Assembly (NCBI GenBank): GCA_018647275.1
Contig: JABGTH010000169.1
Span: forward strand, 1-42,266
DNA from: Paracoccaceae bacterium
GTDB taxonomy: Bacteria > Pseudomonadota > Alphaproteobacteria > Rhodobacterales > Rhodobacteraceae
DNA length: 42,266 nt
Direction: 5' to 3'
In this document: positions 18,177 through 27,674 of the stretch, piece by piece
How positions within the stretch are numbered: the first letter of the stretch is position 1
Layout of the letters: every line of letters starts with the position of its first letter
The notes under the pieces: model-generated
Seen by the model: the letters and a program-made list of their open reading frames with translations, nothing else
What the model was told of the DNA's origin: nothing
Databases searched by the model: none
Program-made: the position numbers and the translations under genes

Positions 18177-18206
18177 CTTGCGAAATAGGCTCACAGTTTT
18201 CATATA
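18177..18206 (+). promoter_or_regulatory. Putative RpoH promoter of hslV
   Basis: CTTGCG-N17-TCATATA upstream of a heat-shock gene. Confidence 0.45.
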
Positions 18207-18229
18207 CTATTACAATAGGAGTAAACATC

Positions 18230-18793
18230 ATGGCTACGAACGAATTCCCCGGTTGGCACGGAACAACAATTGTCGGCGTCAAAAAAGACGGAGAAGTTGT
18301 AATTGCAGGCGACGGTCAAGTGTCTTTGGGACAGACCGTTATTAAAGGCACTGCACGCAAAGTGCGCCGCTTGTCCCCAGGTGGGTATGACGTTGTCGCA
18401 GGATTTGCAGGATCAACTGCTGATGCGTTTACTTTGCTGGAGCGTCTAGAAGCAAAACTAGAGGCAACGCCGGGCCAATTGGCGCGCGCCTCTGTTGAGT
18501 TGGCCAAAGACTGGCGCACCGACAAGTATTTGCAAAAGCTCGAAGCTATGTTGATTGTTACGGATGGCACTGAGTTGTTCGTGATTACTGGCGCTGGTGA
18601 TGTTCTTGAGCCAGAGCACAATGTGGCAGCCATCGGGTCGGGTGGTAATTTTGCCTTGGCCGCCGCCCGTGGATTAATGGACAGTGATCGTAACGCAGAA
18701 CAGATTGCGCGTGATGCTATGGCAATTGCCGCTGATATTTGTGTTTATACCAACGGCAAGCTGACTGTAGAGGCGATTAAGAAGAATTCTTAA
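18230..18793 (+). CDS. hslV: ATP-dependent protease peptidase subunit HslV
   Basis: WHG-TTIVGV catalytic Thr, [20 protein letters not shown]; AGGAG SD. Confidence 0.98.
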   Translation: MATNEFPGWHGTTIVGVKKDGEVVIAGDGQVSLGQTVIKGTARKVRRLSPGGYDVVAGFAGSTADAFTLLERLEAKLEATPGQLARASVELAKDWRTDKYLQKLEAMLIVTDGTELFVITGAGDVLEPEHNVAAIGSGGNFALAAARGLMDSDRNAEQIARDAMAIAADICVYTNGKLTVEAIKKNS

Positions 18794-19176
18794 TCAGAGT
18801 TTCGCAACACTAAAACCAACATTAAGTCTTTCGCACCAGACCCAGACCTCATTGTAGTCGTCTGGGTTGATCTCCTTTGGAACTTCATAGGATGACGCAC
18901 CATTTAAGCTTTTAAGTGGGCCCATAATTGTCGACTTATCAAAGCCATTTTTTCCAAAAGCAATTTAGGGCTCAGGGGCGCCGTCAAGGGTGAAATCATC
19001 CAAAAGGTTTACAACAAACCCACCGTACTTTTTTGCAATTTCAGAGCGACCTGTCGTGATGTGACCATTCACCCCTTTGAACTCCGCAAGCCGACCATGA
19101 CCGCCAGCAAGGAGTGGCGATGCCAGTGTTGTTGCACCTGCGGCCAGAGATAAATTCAGAAAATACGACGCATCAT
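18794..19176 (-). pseudogene. DM13-domain (electron transfer DM13) exported protein, pseudogene
   Basis: Reconstructed MMRR[frameshift]FLNLSLAAGATTLASPLLAGGHG...DFTLDGAPEP*IAFGKNGFDKSTIMGPLKSLNGASSYEVPKEINPDDYNEVWVWCERLNVGFSVAKL; TAA at 18965-18967. Confidence 0.8.
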
Positions 19177-19344
19177 TGACATTCCGTTGAATGCTGATTG
19201 TTAGGGTCCAACCTGACAGATCAAATAATTTCACGCTAGCCACCTCTCCCATTCGTGAATTCTACAGTTGTTTTCGTATTCATGGTTGCGTTCCAGAGCC
19301 CAGCGCTTACATAAATTAACAGTCTTTCAACGCAGGATGCCCCT

Positions 19345-20652
19345 TTGACCGATCTTACACCTAGAGAAATTGTTTCAGAACTTGATCGCTTTATCATCGG
19401 TCAGAACGATGCCAAACGGGCTGTTGCCGTTGCATTGCGCAATCGCTGGCGCCGCAAACAATTGTCCGATGACTTGCGTGATGAAGTTTATCCAAAAAAT
19501 ATTCTAATGATCGGACCCACCGGCGTTGGTAAAACCGAGATCAGCCGCCGGTTGGCCAAACTGGCAAAAGCACCTTTTCTAAAGGTCGAAGCGACGAAGT
19601 TTACTGAAGTCGGTTACGTTGGCCGCGACGTTGAACAGATCATCCGCGATCTGATGGAAAGCGCGATCACAATGACGCGCGAACACATGCGCGAAGATGT
19701 TAAAGCCAAGGCACACCAAGCCGCCGAAGACCGTGTGATTGACGCAATCGCCGGCACTGATGCCCGCGAAGGCACCCGCGACATGTTCCGCAAAAAGCTA
19801 AAGTCGGGTGTGCTGGATGACACGGTTATCGAACTTGAAGTCGCGGACACATCGAGCCCATTTTCATCAATGGAAATCCCAGGGCAACCTGGATCGAATA
19901 TGGGAATGATGAACCTTGGTGAGATGTTTGGAAAAGCTATGGGTGTCCGCACCACCCAACGCAAATTAAAAGTGGCAGACTGCTACGATGTTCTAATTAG
20001 CGAAGAAGCCGACAAACTTCTTGACGATGAAACCGTCACACGCGCTGCCCTTGAAGCTGTTGAGCAAAATGGCATCGTCTTTCTGGACGAGATCGACAAG
20101 GTGTGTACCCGCTCTGATGCCCGTGGTGGTGATGTGAGCCGCGAGGGTGTGCAGCGCGATTTGTTGCCACTGATTGAGGGTACTACCGTCAGTACCAAAC
20201 ATGGCGCGGTGAAAACTGATCATATCCTGTTCATCGCCTCTGGTGCTTTTCACATCGCCAAGCCATCAGATTTATTGCCCGAGCTTCAGGGTCGCCTACC
20301 GATCCGCGTTGAATTGCAGGCACTGACCGAAGACGATTTCGTTCGCATCCTAACAGAGACAGAAAACGCTCTGACACTTCAGTATTCAGCCCTAATGGGA
20401 ACTGAGGAAGTAACAGTTACATTCGAAGAAGATGGCATAAAAGCGCTGGCAAAAATTGCTGCTGGCGTGAACCAAAGCGTTGAGAACATTGGTGCCCGTC
20501 GTCTTTATACGGTGATGGAGCGCGTGTTTGAGGAGCTGTCTTTTGGTGCCCCAGATCGCGCAGGTGATGAGGTGATCGTGGATGCGGCATTCGTTGAAAA
20601 GAACCTAGGCGAGTTGACAAAGTCCACAGACCTAAGCCGCTACGTGCTCTAG
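19345..20652 (+). CDS. hslU: ATP-dependent protease ATPase subunit HslU
   Basis: [46 protein letters not shown]; TTG start with AGGA SD. Confidence 0.98.
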   Translation: MTDLTPREIVSELDRFIIGQNDAKRAVAVALRNRWRRKQLSDDLRDEVYPKNILMIGPTGVGKTEISRRLAKLAKAPFLKVEATKFTEVGYVGRDVEQIIRDLMESAITMTREHMREDVKAKAHQAAEDRVIDAIAGTDAREGTRDMFRKKLKSGVLDDTVIELEVADTSSPFSSMEIPGQPGSNMGMMNLGEMFGKAMGVRTTQRKLKVADCYDVLISEEADKLLDDETVTRAALEAVEQNGIVFLDEIDKVCTRSDARGGDVSREGVQRDLLPLIEGTTVSTKHGAVKTDHILFIASGAFHIAKPSDLLPELQGRLPIRVELQALTEDDFVRILTETENALTLQYSALMGTEEVTVTFEEDGIKALAKIAAGVNQSVENIGARRLYTVMERVFEELSFGAPDRAGDEVIVDAAFVEKNLGELTKSTDLSRYVL

Positions 20653-20707
20653 TCAGGGCCAGATTGCTGGGGTAGGGCTGTACCAATCCCTTCTTTAAGG
20701 TCAGCTC

Positions 20708-21922
20708 ATGCGCGATACATTTCTATTTAAAAACGCCCCTTGGTTGGCGGCGGGTGCGCTTTTGACGTTGCTATCGTCCTTTGGGCAAACGTTTTTCATA
20801 TCCATTTTTGCTGCAGAAATTCAATATTCCTTCGACCTGAGCCACGGCTCTTGGGGCGGGATCTATGCCTTAGGTACAACCGCTTCAGCTGTTGTGATGG
20901 TATGGGCGGGCGGCCTAACGGATAAGCTTCGTGTGAGAACATTGGGGCCTACTGTTTTGCTGCTGCTTGCTCTGGCCTGTTTATTCATGGCCTTTAACCC
21001 ATACGCAGTCTTGCTACCTCTTGTAATCTTTGCGTTGCGACTTTTCGGGCAGGGCATGACTAGCCACATCGCAATCGTTGCAATGGCACGTTGGTTTTCT
21101 GCGGCCCGCGGCCGTGCGCTGTCTATTTCCGCACTTGGGTTTTCAGCTGGTCAGGCCATCCTACCAATCATTTTTGTTTTGCTGCTTGAACATATGGGTT
21201 GGCGCCTTTTGTGGGTCATCGCAGCCTGTATAGCGATCCTGGGCATTCCCCTTTTGAAAGGTCTTTTGCGCAAAGAGCGCACGCCGCAATCTATGGCAAA
21301 CGAAAATCCATCATTCGGAATGGACGGGCGATATTGGAAACGATTTGAAGCCCTGCGCCACCCCTTGTTTTGGTGCATGGTGCCTACGGTCCTTGGTCCT
21401 TCTGCCTTCAACACAGCGTTCTTTTTCCATCAAGTCCACTTTGCTGAATTGAAAGGAATCACGCACATCGCATTGGTTGCTCAATTCCCACTTTATACAG
21501 CGGTGTCCGTTGGCGCGATGTTGCTGTCGGGTTGGGGACTAGACAAGTTGGGAACACCGCGGCTATTGCCGTTTATCCAAGTACCCATGATCGCAGCATT
21601 TATCATCTTCGCACTGGGAAGCGGCACACTGACGATCACCCTTGGCTTTATCATGTTGGGCATTACCGCAGGCGCTGGTACAACTTTACCCGGGGCATTT
21701 TGGGCGGAATTCTATGGTACCAAATTCATCGGATCGATCAAGGCACTTGCCACTGCTGTCATGGTGCTAGGCTCAGCAATTGGGCCTGGAATCACAGGCA
21801 TTATGATTGATTATGGCGTAGGGCTCGAAACCCAATTTTACTGGATCGCAGGTTACTTTGCATTGGCAACAATTGTCTTGTGGATAGGCGTCCATAAGTA
21901 CGCACCAAGCCTCAAAACCTAA
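20708..21922 (+). CDS. MFS transporter
   Basis: About 12 hydrophobic segments, SSFGQTFFISIF, GGLTDKLRVR motif A. Confidence 0.88.
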   Translation: MRDTFLFKNAPWLAAGALLTLLSSFGQTFFISIFAAEIQYSFDLSHGSWGGIYALGTTASAVVMVWAGGLTDKLRVRTLGPTVLLLLALACLFMAFNPYAVLLPLVIFALRLFGQGMTSHIAIVAMARWFSAARGRALSISALGFSAGQAILPIIFVLLLEHMGWRLLWVIAACIAILGIPLLKGLLRKERTPQSMANENPSFGMDGRYWKRFEALRHPLFWCMVPTVLGPSAFNTAFFFHQVHFAELKGITHIALVAQFPLYTAVSVGAMLLSGWGLDKLGTPRLLPFIQVPMIAAFIIFALGSGTLTITLGFIMLGITAGAGTTLPGAFWAEFYGTKFIGSIKALATAVMVLGSAIGPGITGIMIDYGVGLETQFYWIAGYFALATIVLWIGVHKYAPSLKT

Positions 21923-22527
21923 CGGGGTTTCCTCAGATAGACGTAATAGGCACCGCCGCCGCCGTGGCGATCGTGGGCTTGGGTCACCTGCAACACAGCT
22001 GAAGATAAAGGTACCAGAGCCAACCACTGTGGTACTTGATGTCGCAAAACACCAAAACGCACTGGGATCGGCCCACCGTCATCGCGCGATTTACCTTTGC
22101 CCGTGATTACAAGAACCAAACGCTTCCCGTTGCCATAAGCCGAGAGGATAAACTGCGTCAAAAGCGGGTGGGCGCGATCCAACGTTAAACCGTGTAGATC
22201 CAAGCGCCCTTCAGGTTTCAACTTGCCACGCTTCATCTGATCAAACGCTTTACGATCCATCGTGATCTTTGAATTTTGAACCTGTTCAGCGATAGGTGCG
22301 ATACGATCAACGCGGGTCAACGATTTGGATTTTTGACCTACTTTAGGGCCTAAGGGTTTAACCAGCGTTTCAATCAACTTACGCCGCTTTGGAGTCGGCA
22401 ATATCTGGGGTTCCATATTCAGTATGGTGCTAAAATCAACAGGCTTACGCCCCTGCTTTAACTGTTCCGTCCGATCAGTCACTTGCTTCCACAATTCAAC
22501 CTCTTCAGGTTTTAACTTACGACCCAT
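21919..22527 (-). CDS. Smr/MutS2 C-terminal domain protein
   Basis: LDLHGLT, VLVITGKG, HGGGGAYYVYLRK; ATG 22527 overlaps the upstream TGA. Confidence 0.9.
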   Translation of the reverse strand: MGRKLKPEEVELWKQVTDRTEQLKQGRKPVDFSTILNMEPQILPTPKRRKLIETLVKPLGPKVGQKSKSLTRVDRIAPIAEQVQNSKITMDRKAFDQMKRGKLKPEGRLDLHGLTLDRAHPLLTQFILSAYGNGKRLVLVITGKGKSRDDGGPIPVRFGVLRHQVPQWLALVPLSSAVLQVTQAHDRHGGGGAYYVYLRKPR

Positions 22528-22769
22528 CAGGAGTCCTCCGGTAGCAGCGCATCTGGTTGGGCAGTCGCATAAACACAAAAAGCCGTCCAATCTGGATCAT
22601 CCATATCACAGCAAGTGTAATGAAATACGGTTAGGGCAGCGGAATGATCATCCTCTGCCCAACCTTCTAATTCATCAAATGATAAAACCGTGTAAGCCAC
22701 TTCTGCCTTGACAGGTTCGGCCGCAATGGCAAAACCTGCTGCAAAAGCAATCGCAACCGCGTGGCTTAG
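22527..22769 (-). pseudogene. mltA: Lytic murein transglycosylase A remnant (large internal deletion)
   Basis: Signal-like AIAFAAGFAIA, MltA N-terminal LSFDELEGWAEDDHSAAL..F..TC...DW...C, then directly LLPEDS*; no catalytic or 3D domain; slot between tim44 and smr. Confidence 0.82.
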
Positions 22770-23425
22770 GCGTCTGTAGAAACAAGTAACCAATTTGGAT
22801 CATCCGCACCCATAGTACGCGCGAACGCCCATGTGTCTTTCTGTTTCTTAACGTCAGTAGTGCTTCCCTCAACGATATCACCACTGCGATCAAGTACAGT
22901 AGATGTCATTTCAGCAACAAAGCGGATCGAAATTTCGGCCTCATTAGTGTCCGGGTTCAAGGTTGCATCAACCAGTTTCATTTCACGCACACCAAAGAAG
23001 TTTGCATCGATTGTCAAACCTTGGTCTTCGCGTGCTGCAACACCGTCTACAAAGCTTTCATAGATTTCTTCTGACAGAAACGGCTGAATATCGGCCAATT
23101 CACCTGTCTCATAACCCATCACAATCATCTCGTAAGCACCGCGCGCACCGCCGATGAAATCGCCAACGTTAAATGTTGGCTCTAGGCGCTTCATCGCAGA
23201 CAATGCTGTTGCTTGTGGCGTATCAGCCTCAACATGATCATTAACGTCCAAATCTGGACCACCCTCAATCACTTCAAGATCAGGACGACCACGGCGTTCG
23301 TTCATCGGAACTGCGGCAGGGCCATCTTCAAATCCCTCGCGGGTACCCAATACGTTTTTCAAACGCAGGATTAGAAAAACGGCTATGCCGGCCAACACCA
23401 ACAGTTGGATCAGGGGCTGATTCAT
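22766..23425 (-). CDS. Tim44/TimA-like inner membrane protein
   Basis: LLVLAGIAVFLILRLKNVLGTREG, FIGGARGAYEMIV, DTWAFAR...DPNWLLVST. Confidence 0.92.
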   Translation of the reverse strand: MNQPLIQLLVLAGIAVFLILRLKNVLGTREGFEDGPAAVPMNERRGRPDLEVIEGGPDLDVNDHVEADTPQATALSAMKRLEPTFNVGDFIGGARGAYEMIVMGYETGELADIQPFLSEEIYESFVDGVAAREDQGLTIDANFFGVREMKLVDATLNPDTNEAEISIRFVAEMTSTVLDRSGDIVEGSTTDVKKQKDTWAFARTMGADDPNWLLVSTDA

Positions 23426-23531
23426 AATTACCTCTATTAATGTAATACCATGGAAACATTAGGCTGTTGACCTTATGTAGGGGCTGACCCCCTGCAAGTC
23501 CACTGCAGGGACCATGAAAGGATTGCTCGAC

Positions 23532-24014
23532 ATGTGGCTTTTTGTAGCCTTTTTGGCCGTACCGCTCATTGAGATCGGTTTGTTTATTCAAATCGGGGGT
23601 GTTATCGGGCTTTGGCCGACACTTTTGGTTGTTATTTTGACCGCTATGCTGGGCACCTATTTAGTGCGCACCCAAGGGTTGATGGCAATTGGTAAGCTCC
23701 AGTCATCATTTTCACAGCTTCAGGACCCAACTGAACCGTTGGCACACGGGGCTATGATCTTGTTCGCGGGTGCATTGCTACTGACACCCGGCTTTTTCAC
23801 TGATGGTGTTGGGTTTGCACTGTGCGTACCTTTCATTAGAACATGGGTTTTCAATAGTCTGCGCCAAAAGGTAAAAATGCAGTCCTTCAGCATGGGACCA
23901 ACTGGGCGTCAGCCGCATCAATCATATGACCCAAATGTGATCGATGGAGATTTTGAAGAGGTCGAAATCGACCCAACTAAAACTTCTGATCCCTCTGGAT
24001 GGACCAAGCATTGA
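23532..24014 (+). CDS. fxsA: FxsA family membrane protein
   Basis: VPLIEIGLFIQIGGVIGLWPTL, LLLTPGFFTD. Confidence 0.92.
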   Translation: MWLFVAFLAVPLIEIGLFIQIGGVIGLWPTLLVVILTAMLGTYLVRTQGLMAIGKLQSSFSQLQDPTEPLAHGAMILFAGALLLTPGFFTDGVGFALCVPFIRTWVFNSLRQKVKMQSFSMGPTGRQPHQSYDPNVIDGDFEEVEIDPTKTSDPSGWTKH

Positions 24015-24073
24015 GACCCATGAACCAAACTGATACAGACTAAAAAAATTCGGAATATCCGCAGGAGAAAACA

Positions 24074-24571
24074 ATGGCCGAGAACGAAACACCAGCAGCT
24101 GCAGCAGCTGCTCCATCACAACCACAAATGCGCATCTTGGGTCAGTTCATCCGCGACATGTCATTTGAAAATATTGTTGCACAAAAAGGCGCACCGTCTG
24201 ATGCACAGCCTGACGTGCAAGTTCAGGTTAACTTGGACGCGAAAAAGCGTGAGCCAGCAAATCAATATGAATCCTCAATCAAGTTGAATGTTACGTCGAA
24301 AGACAAAAGCACTGATACAACTATCTTTGTTTTCGAAATCGACTACGTCGGCATTTTCCAAGTTGAAGGTGTGCCAGAAGATCAAATGCACCCGTTCTTG
24401 TTGATCGAATGCCCACGCATGATTTTCCCATTCCTGCGCCGCATCGTTAGCGATGTCACACGCGATGGTGGCTTCCCACCATTGAACTTGGAAAACATCG
24501 ACTTTATCGCACTATACCGCGGTGAAATTGCACGTCGTCAGGCAGAAACGCCCGCACCTGAAAACGCTTAA
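24074..24571 (+). CDS. secB: Protein-export chaperone SecB
   Basis: QFIRDMSFEN, ECPRMIFPFLR, DGGFPPLNL. Confidence 0.96.
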   Translation: MAENETPAAAAAAPSQPQMRILGQFIRDMSFENIVAQKGAPSDAQPDVQVQVNLDAKKREPANQYESSIKLNVTSKDKSTDTTIFVFEIDYVGIFQVEGVPEDQMHPFLLIECPRMIFPFLRRIVSDVTRDGGFPPLNLENIDFIALYRGEIARRQAETPAPENA

Positions 24572-24574
24572 GAA

Positions 24575-25264
24575 TTAAGACTTTAGCCAAAGGGCGGCAT
24601 CGCCCAGCTCTTTGGCTATATAGGCTTTGTGGGTTTCGGCCTCGGCCTCAGACAATCTTGATGGTAGTGGGTTTGGACGCGGTTGAGGCTTCCATTCCCC
24701 GCCATCTGCTCCCCCTTTAGACGATGATGATGTTGCCAACCCGAAATCAGGCTGACGACCACCAATCAGTTCTAAATAAACTTCAGCCAGAATTTCACTA
24801 TCAAGCAGGGCGCCGTGCAAATCGCGTTCAAAGTTCGTGATTCCAAAACGTCTGCACAAAGCATCCAAAGATGCGGGTGAGCCTGGAAACTTTTTTCGCG
24901 CCATTGGCAATGTATCAAGTGCACGCACCATCGGAATTTCGGGCAGACCAATCCATTTCAATTCAGCGTTCAAGAACTTCATATCAAACGCGGCATTGTG
25001 AATGACCAAAGTTGAGTCCTCGATGAAATCAAGAAACTTCTGACCAACTTGCGCAAACTTTGGTTTGTCACGCAGGAAATCATCGCCCAAGCCGTGAACC
25101 TGAAACGCTTCATCTGGCATCGCGCGTTCAGGGTTAATGTATTCATGAAACTGAACACCAGTTGGCACGTGGCCTTCCAATTCAAGCGCACCAATTTCTA
25201 CAATATGGTCACCTGTGAACGGGTCAAAGCCTGTGGTTTCAGTATCAAGTACGATCTCACGCAT
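24575..25264 (-). CDS. dnaQ: DNA polymerase III epsilon subunit
   Basis: LDTETTG, HNAAFD, HGALLDSEIL. Confidence 0.97.
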   Translation of the reverse strand: MREIVLDTETTGFDPFTGDHIVEIGALELEGHVPTGVQFHEYINPERAMPDEAFQVHGLGDDFLRDKPKFAQVGQKFLDFIEDSTLVIHNAAFDMKFLNAELKWIGLPEIPMVRALDTLPMARKKFPGSPASLDALCRRFGITNFERDLHGALLDSEILAEVYLELIGGRQPDFGLATSSSSKGGADGGEWKPQPRPNPLPSRLSEAEAETHKAYIAKELGDAALWLKS

Positions 25265-25847
25265 TGGTCATCCTTTGGCGAATTTCGGTCAGTACATTTT
25301 GCACCTGTACCCGTGCATGTTCAATCGTATCTGTAATGATAACAAAATCAGACCTGTCGCGTTTTTCATGTGTGGGCAGTTGTTTGGCACGGATCACTTC
25401 GAGTTGTTCCATGCTCATTGTTCCACGCTGCATAACGCGTTCTTGCTGAACCTCGGCCGTTGTCCAAACGCAGGCAACACCGTCCATGTTCGCATCACCC
25501 CCTGTTTCAAATAGCAGCGGAATATCAAACACCAAGATATCACTTTGAGAGCCTGCAACAAAATCTGCACGGTCTTGAACCAACAGCGGGTGCACAATTT
25601 TTTCTATGGATTTGAGTGCCAACGGATCAGCAGATATAAGTGAGCGAAGCTGTGCGCGTGAAACGGCGCCTTCCTCTATCACCTGTGAGAAGGCACCTGA
25701 CATTGGTGCAACAGCCGCGCCACCCTTGGCGTAGAGGCGATGCACCGCCGCATCTGCATCCCAAACATCACAACCAAGCGCGCTGAAAATAGATGCAGTT
25801 GTGGTTTTGCCCATACCGATAGAACCTGTAAGGCCCAATTTAAACAT
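25257..25847 (-). CDS. coaE: Dephospho-CoA kinase
   Basis: GLTGSIGMGKTT, DADAAVH, DIPLLFE. Confidence 0.96.
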   Translation of the reverse strand: MFKLGLTGSIGMGKTTTASIFSALGCDVWDADAAVHRLYAKGGAAVAPMSGAFSQVIEEGAVSRAQLRSLISADPLALKSIEKIVHPLLVQDRADFVAGSQSDILVFDIPLLFETGGDANMDGVACVWTTAEVQQERVMQRGTMSMEQLEVIRAKQLPTHEKRDRSDFVIITDTIEHARVQVQNVLTEIRQRMTNA

Positions 25848-26680
25848 TAGCGAAGCGCCGCAGCGCGTGTTGCACTATTTACTTCGGGGCGTTGACCAAA
25901 CCAGCGCTCAAACCCAGGTGCAGCCTGATGCAGTAACATTCCCAAACCATCGACTGTTATACAGCCTTGTGCTTCTGCCTCACGTAACAAATTAGTTTGT
26001 AATGGTGTATAAACCAAATCGGTGACAACTGATCCTTTGCGCAAACCATCAAGCGGAACGCGCAATTCAGGGTGACCAACCATACCCAAAGATGTGGTGT
26101 TTACAGTAAGTTCTGCTTCTTCCAAAACATTCCCTGCTTGAATCCAATCAATAACCTGCAACCTTTTGCCAAAATCTTCGGCCAATCTTTCTGCGCGAAT
26201 ACGCGTACGGTTTGAAATTAGAATTTCGGGGACGCCAGCATCGAGTAACGAGGCGACTACAGCACGTGATGCTCCGCCTGCGCCTAGTACGACAGCTGGA
26301 CCTGATTTCGGATTCCAAGTTGGAGCACCTACTTTGAGGTTTTCGATAAACCCATAACCGTCCGTATTGTCCGCGTGGATCTTGCCATCTTTGCGAAAAA
26401 TAAGAGTGTTCGCCGCTCCGATAAGTGTTGCACGATCAGTCACAAGATCAGCAATCTGCAAAACAGCTTCTTTGTGAGGGAGTGTTAGATTGACGCCAAC
26501 AAATCCCATTTTGGGCAGGTTCGCCAAAACCTCTCGCAGGTATGCAGGGGATACATCCATAGGAATATAGAACCCTTGCAGACCATAGGTCTTTAGCCAA
26601 TGTTGATGCAGCTGTGGTGATTTTGAATGCGCAATAGGTGAACCGATAACACCAGCCAATGGGATTTTAGATAGGCTCAT
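25847..26680 (-). CDS. aroE: Shikimate dehydrogenase
   Basis: HSKSP, NLTLPHK, NTDGYG, GAGGAS, DGLGMLLHQA. Confidence 0.97.
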   Translation of the reverse strand: MSLSKIPLAGVIGSPIAHSKSPQLHQHWLKTYGLQGFYIPMDVSPAYLREVLANLPKMGFVGVNLTLPHKEAVLQIADLVTDRATLIGAANTLIFRKDGKIHADNTDGYGFIENLKVGAPTWNPKSGPAVVLGAGGASRAVVASLLDAGVPEILISNRTRIRAERLAEDFGKRLQVIDWIQAGNVLEEAELTVNTTSLGMVGHPELRVPLDGLRKGSVVTDLVYTPLQTNLLREAEAQGCITVDGLGMLLHQAAPGFERWFGQRPEVNSATRAAALR

Positions 26681-27276
26681 TGTTCGATTACTCCACGTAG
26701 TGTTAGAAATGCTAGAAGTTGTAAAAGTGGCATACCAAGCACGTTAAAGTAATCCCCTTCAACACTATGAAATAGTCGTACACCTTCTTCTTCCAGTTTA
26801 TATCCCCCAACACTGTGTTGGATGCTATTCCAATTTCGCTCAACATAGCCGGATATATAGGCATCCGTTGCATCGCGCATTCGAAGACGAACTTGGCCAA
26901 CATGGCGCCAGATGGGTTTACCCTCGTTATAAATGACTGCAGCTGAAAGCAATGTATGGCGCTCTGCGCGCATTGCGGTGATCTGATTAATCGCTTCTTC
27001 AGGAGTTTTGGGTTTAGACAATAGATTTCCGTTGAATTCGAGAACCTGATCGCAACCGATAACAAACGCATCATAGTGCTTTTGGGCGACCTTGCGCGCC
27101 TTGGATTCTGCCAAAGCGTCGGCAATATCACGGGGTAGGGCACCATCAGCAACAAGAGCTTCTTTTATCATCTGTTCATCCACACGAGCGATTTGAACAT
27201 CAAAATCCACACCCGCCTGACGCAACATTTGGGCACGAATTTTGGAACCAGAAGCAAGGATAACGGGCATAACCAT
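26677..27276 (-). CDS. maf: Maf family nucleotide pyrophosphatase
   Basis: ILASGS, IGCDQV, LSKP, GDYFNVLGMPL; start may be ATG 27270. Confidence 0.93.
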   Translation of the reverse strand: MVMPVILASGSKIRAQMLRQAGVDFDVQIARVDEQMIKEALVADGALPRDIADALAESKARKVAQKHYDAFVIGCDQVLEFNGNLLSKPKTPEEAINQITAMRAERHTLLSAAVIYNEGKPIWRHVGQVRLRMRDATDAYISGYVERNWNSIQHSVGGYKLEEEGVRLFHSVEGDYFNVLGMPLLQLLAFLTLRGVIEQ

Positions 27277-27660
27277 GTGGATAACCTATGTCTTAAGTTA
27301 AGGGTTTATTCATGAAGACTTCTGAATAATGGGAAGTAAGTGCGCAAGAGGGGATAATACAACTTTTTCACTTCGTTTTCACTCCATTCATCCCCTTGGG
27401 GTATGAATAACATTTGCTGTGTTGATAAAAAGGTTATCCATAAAATATCCACAGGGTCTGATGATAATTTTGTATGAAATTGAACACAAAAACTTCATTT
27501 ATAAAGGCTTATTTTCTACAACTCTAAACAATCCACAAATTCTAATTGGTGACTTCCCGTTCTGTATAACAACTAGGATAACTGATTAATCCACAGAAAT
27601 TGGTGTCTCTACTTAATCATCTTCTTTCTCTTTATATATATATTATATTAAGTAAGACTA
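27276..27660. other. Chromosomal replication origin oriC
   Basis: Perfect DnaA box TGTGGATAA 27276-27284; near matches 27420-28 (TGTTGATAA), 27434-42 (TTATCCATA), 27445-53 (ATATCCACA), 27529-37 (CAATCCACA), 27587-95 (TAATCCACA); AT-rich tract about 27630-27655; maf/hemJ-rho-mnmE-mnmG-parAB context. Confidence 0.9.
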
Positions 27661-27674
27661 AGATGGAGGATGAT

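Noticed and set aside
6049-18967. All four clear nonsense lesions (6049, 6325, 14503, 18965) are TAA, suggesting stop-codon reassignment
   Set aside because: TAA ends many intact genes here (trxA, hslV, rho, secB), and the affected genes also carry frameshifts or truncations; AT-biased mutation explains it
27600-27674. N-terminal extension of HemJ, and similar extensions of DUF1285, RegA, Smr, MnmG and ParB in the ORF track
   Set aside because: Longest-ORF artefacts; downstream starts have SD sequences or coupling overlaps and match family N-termini
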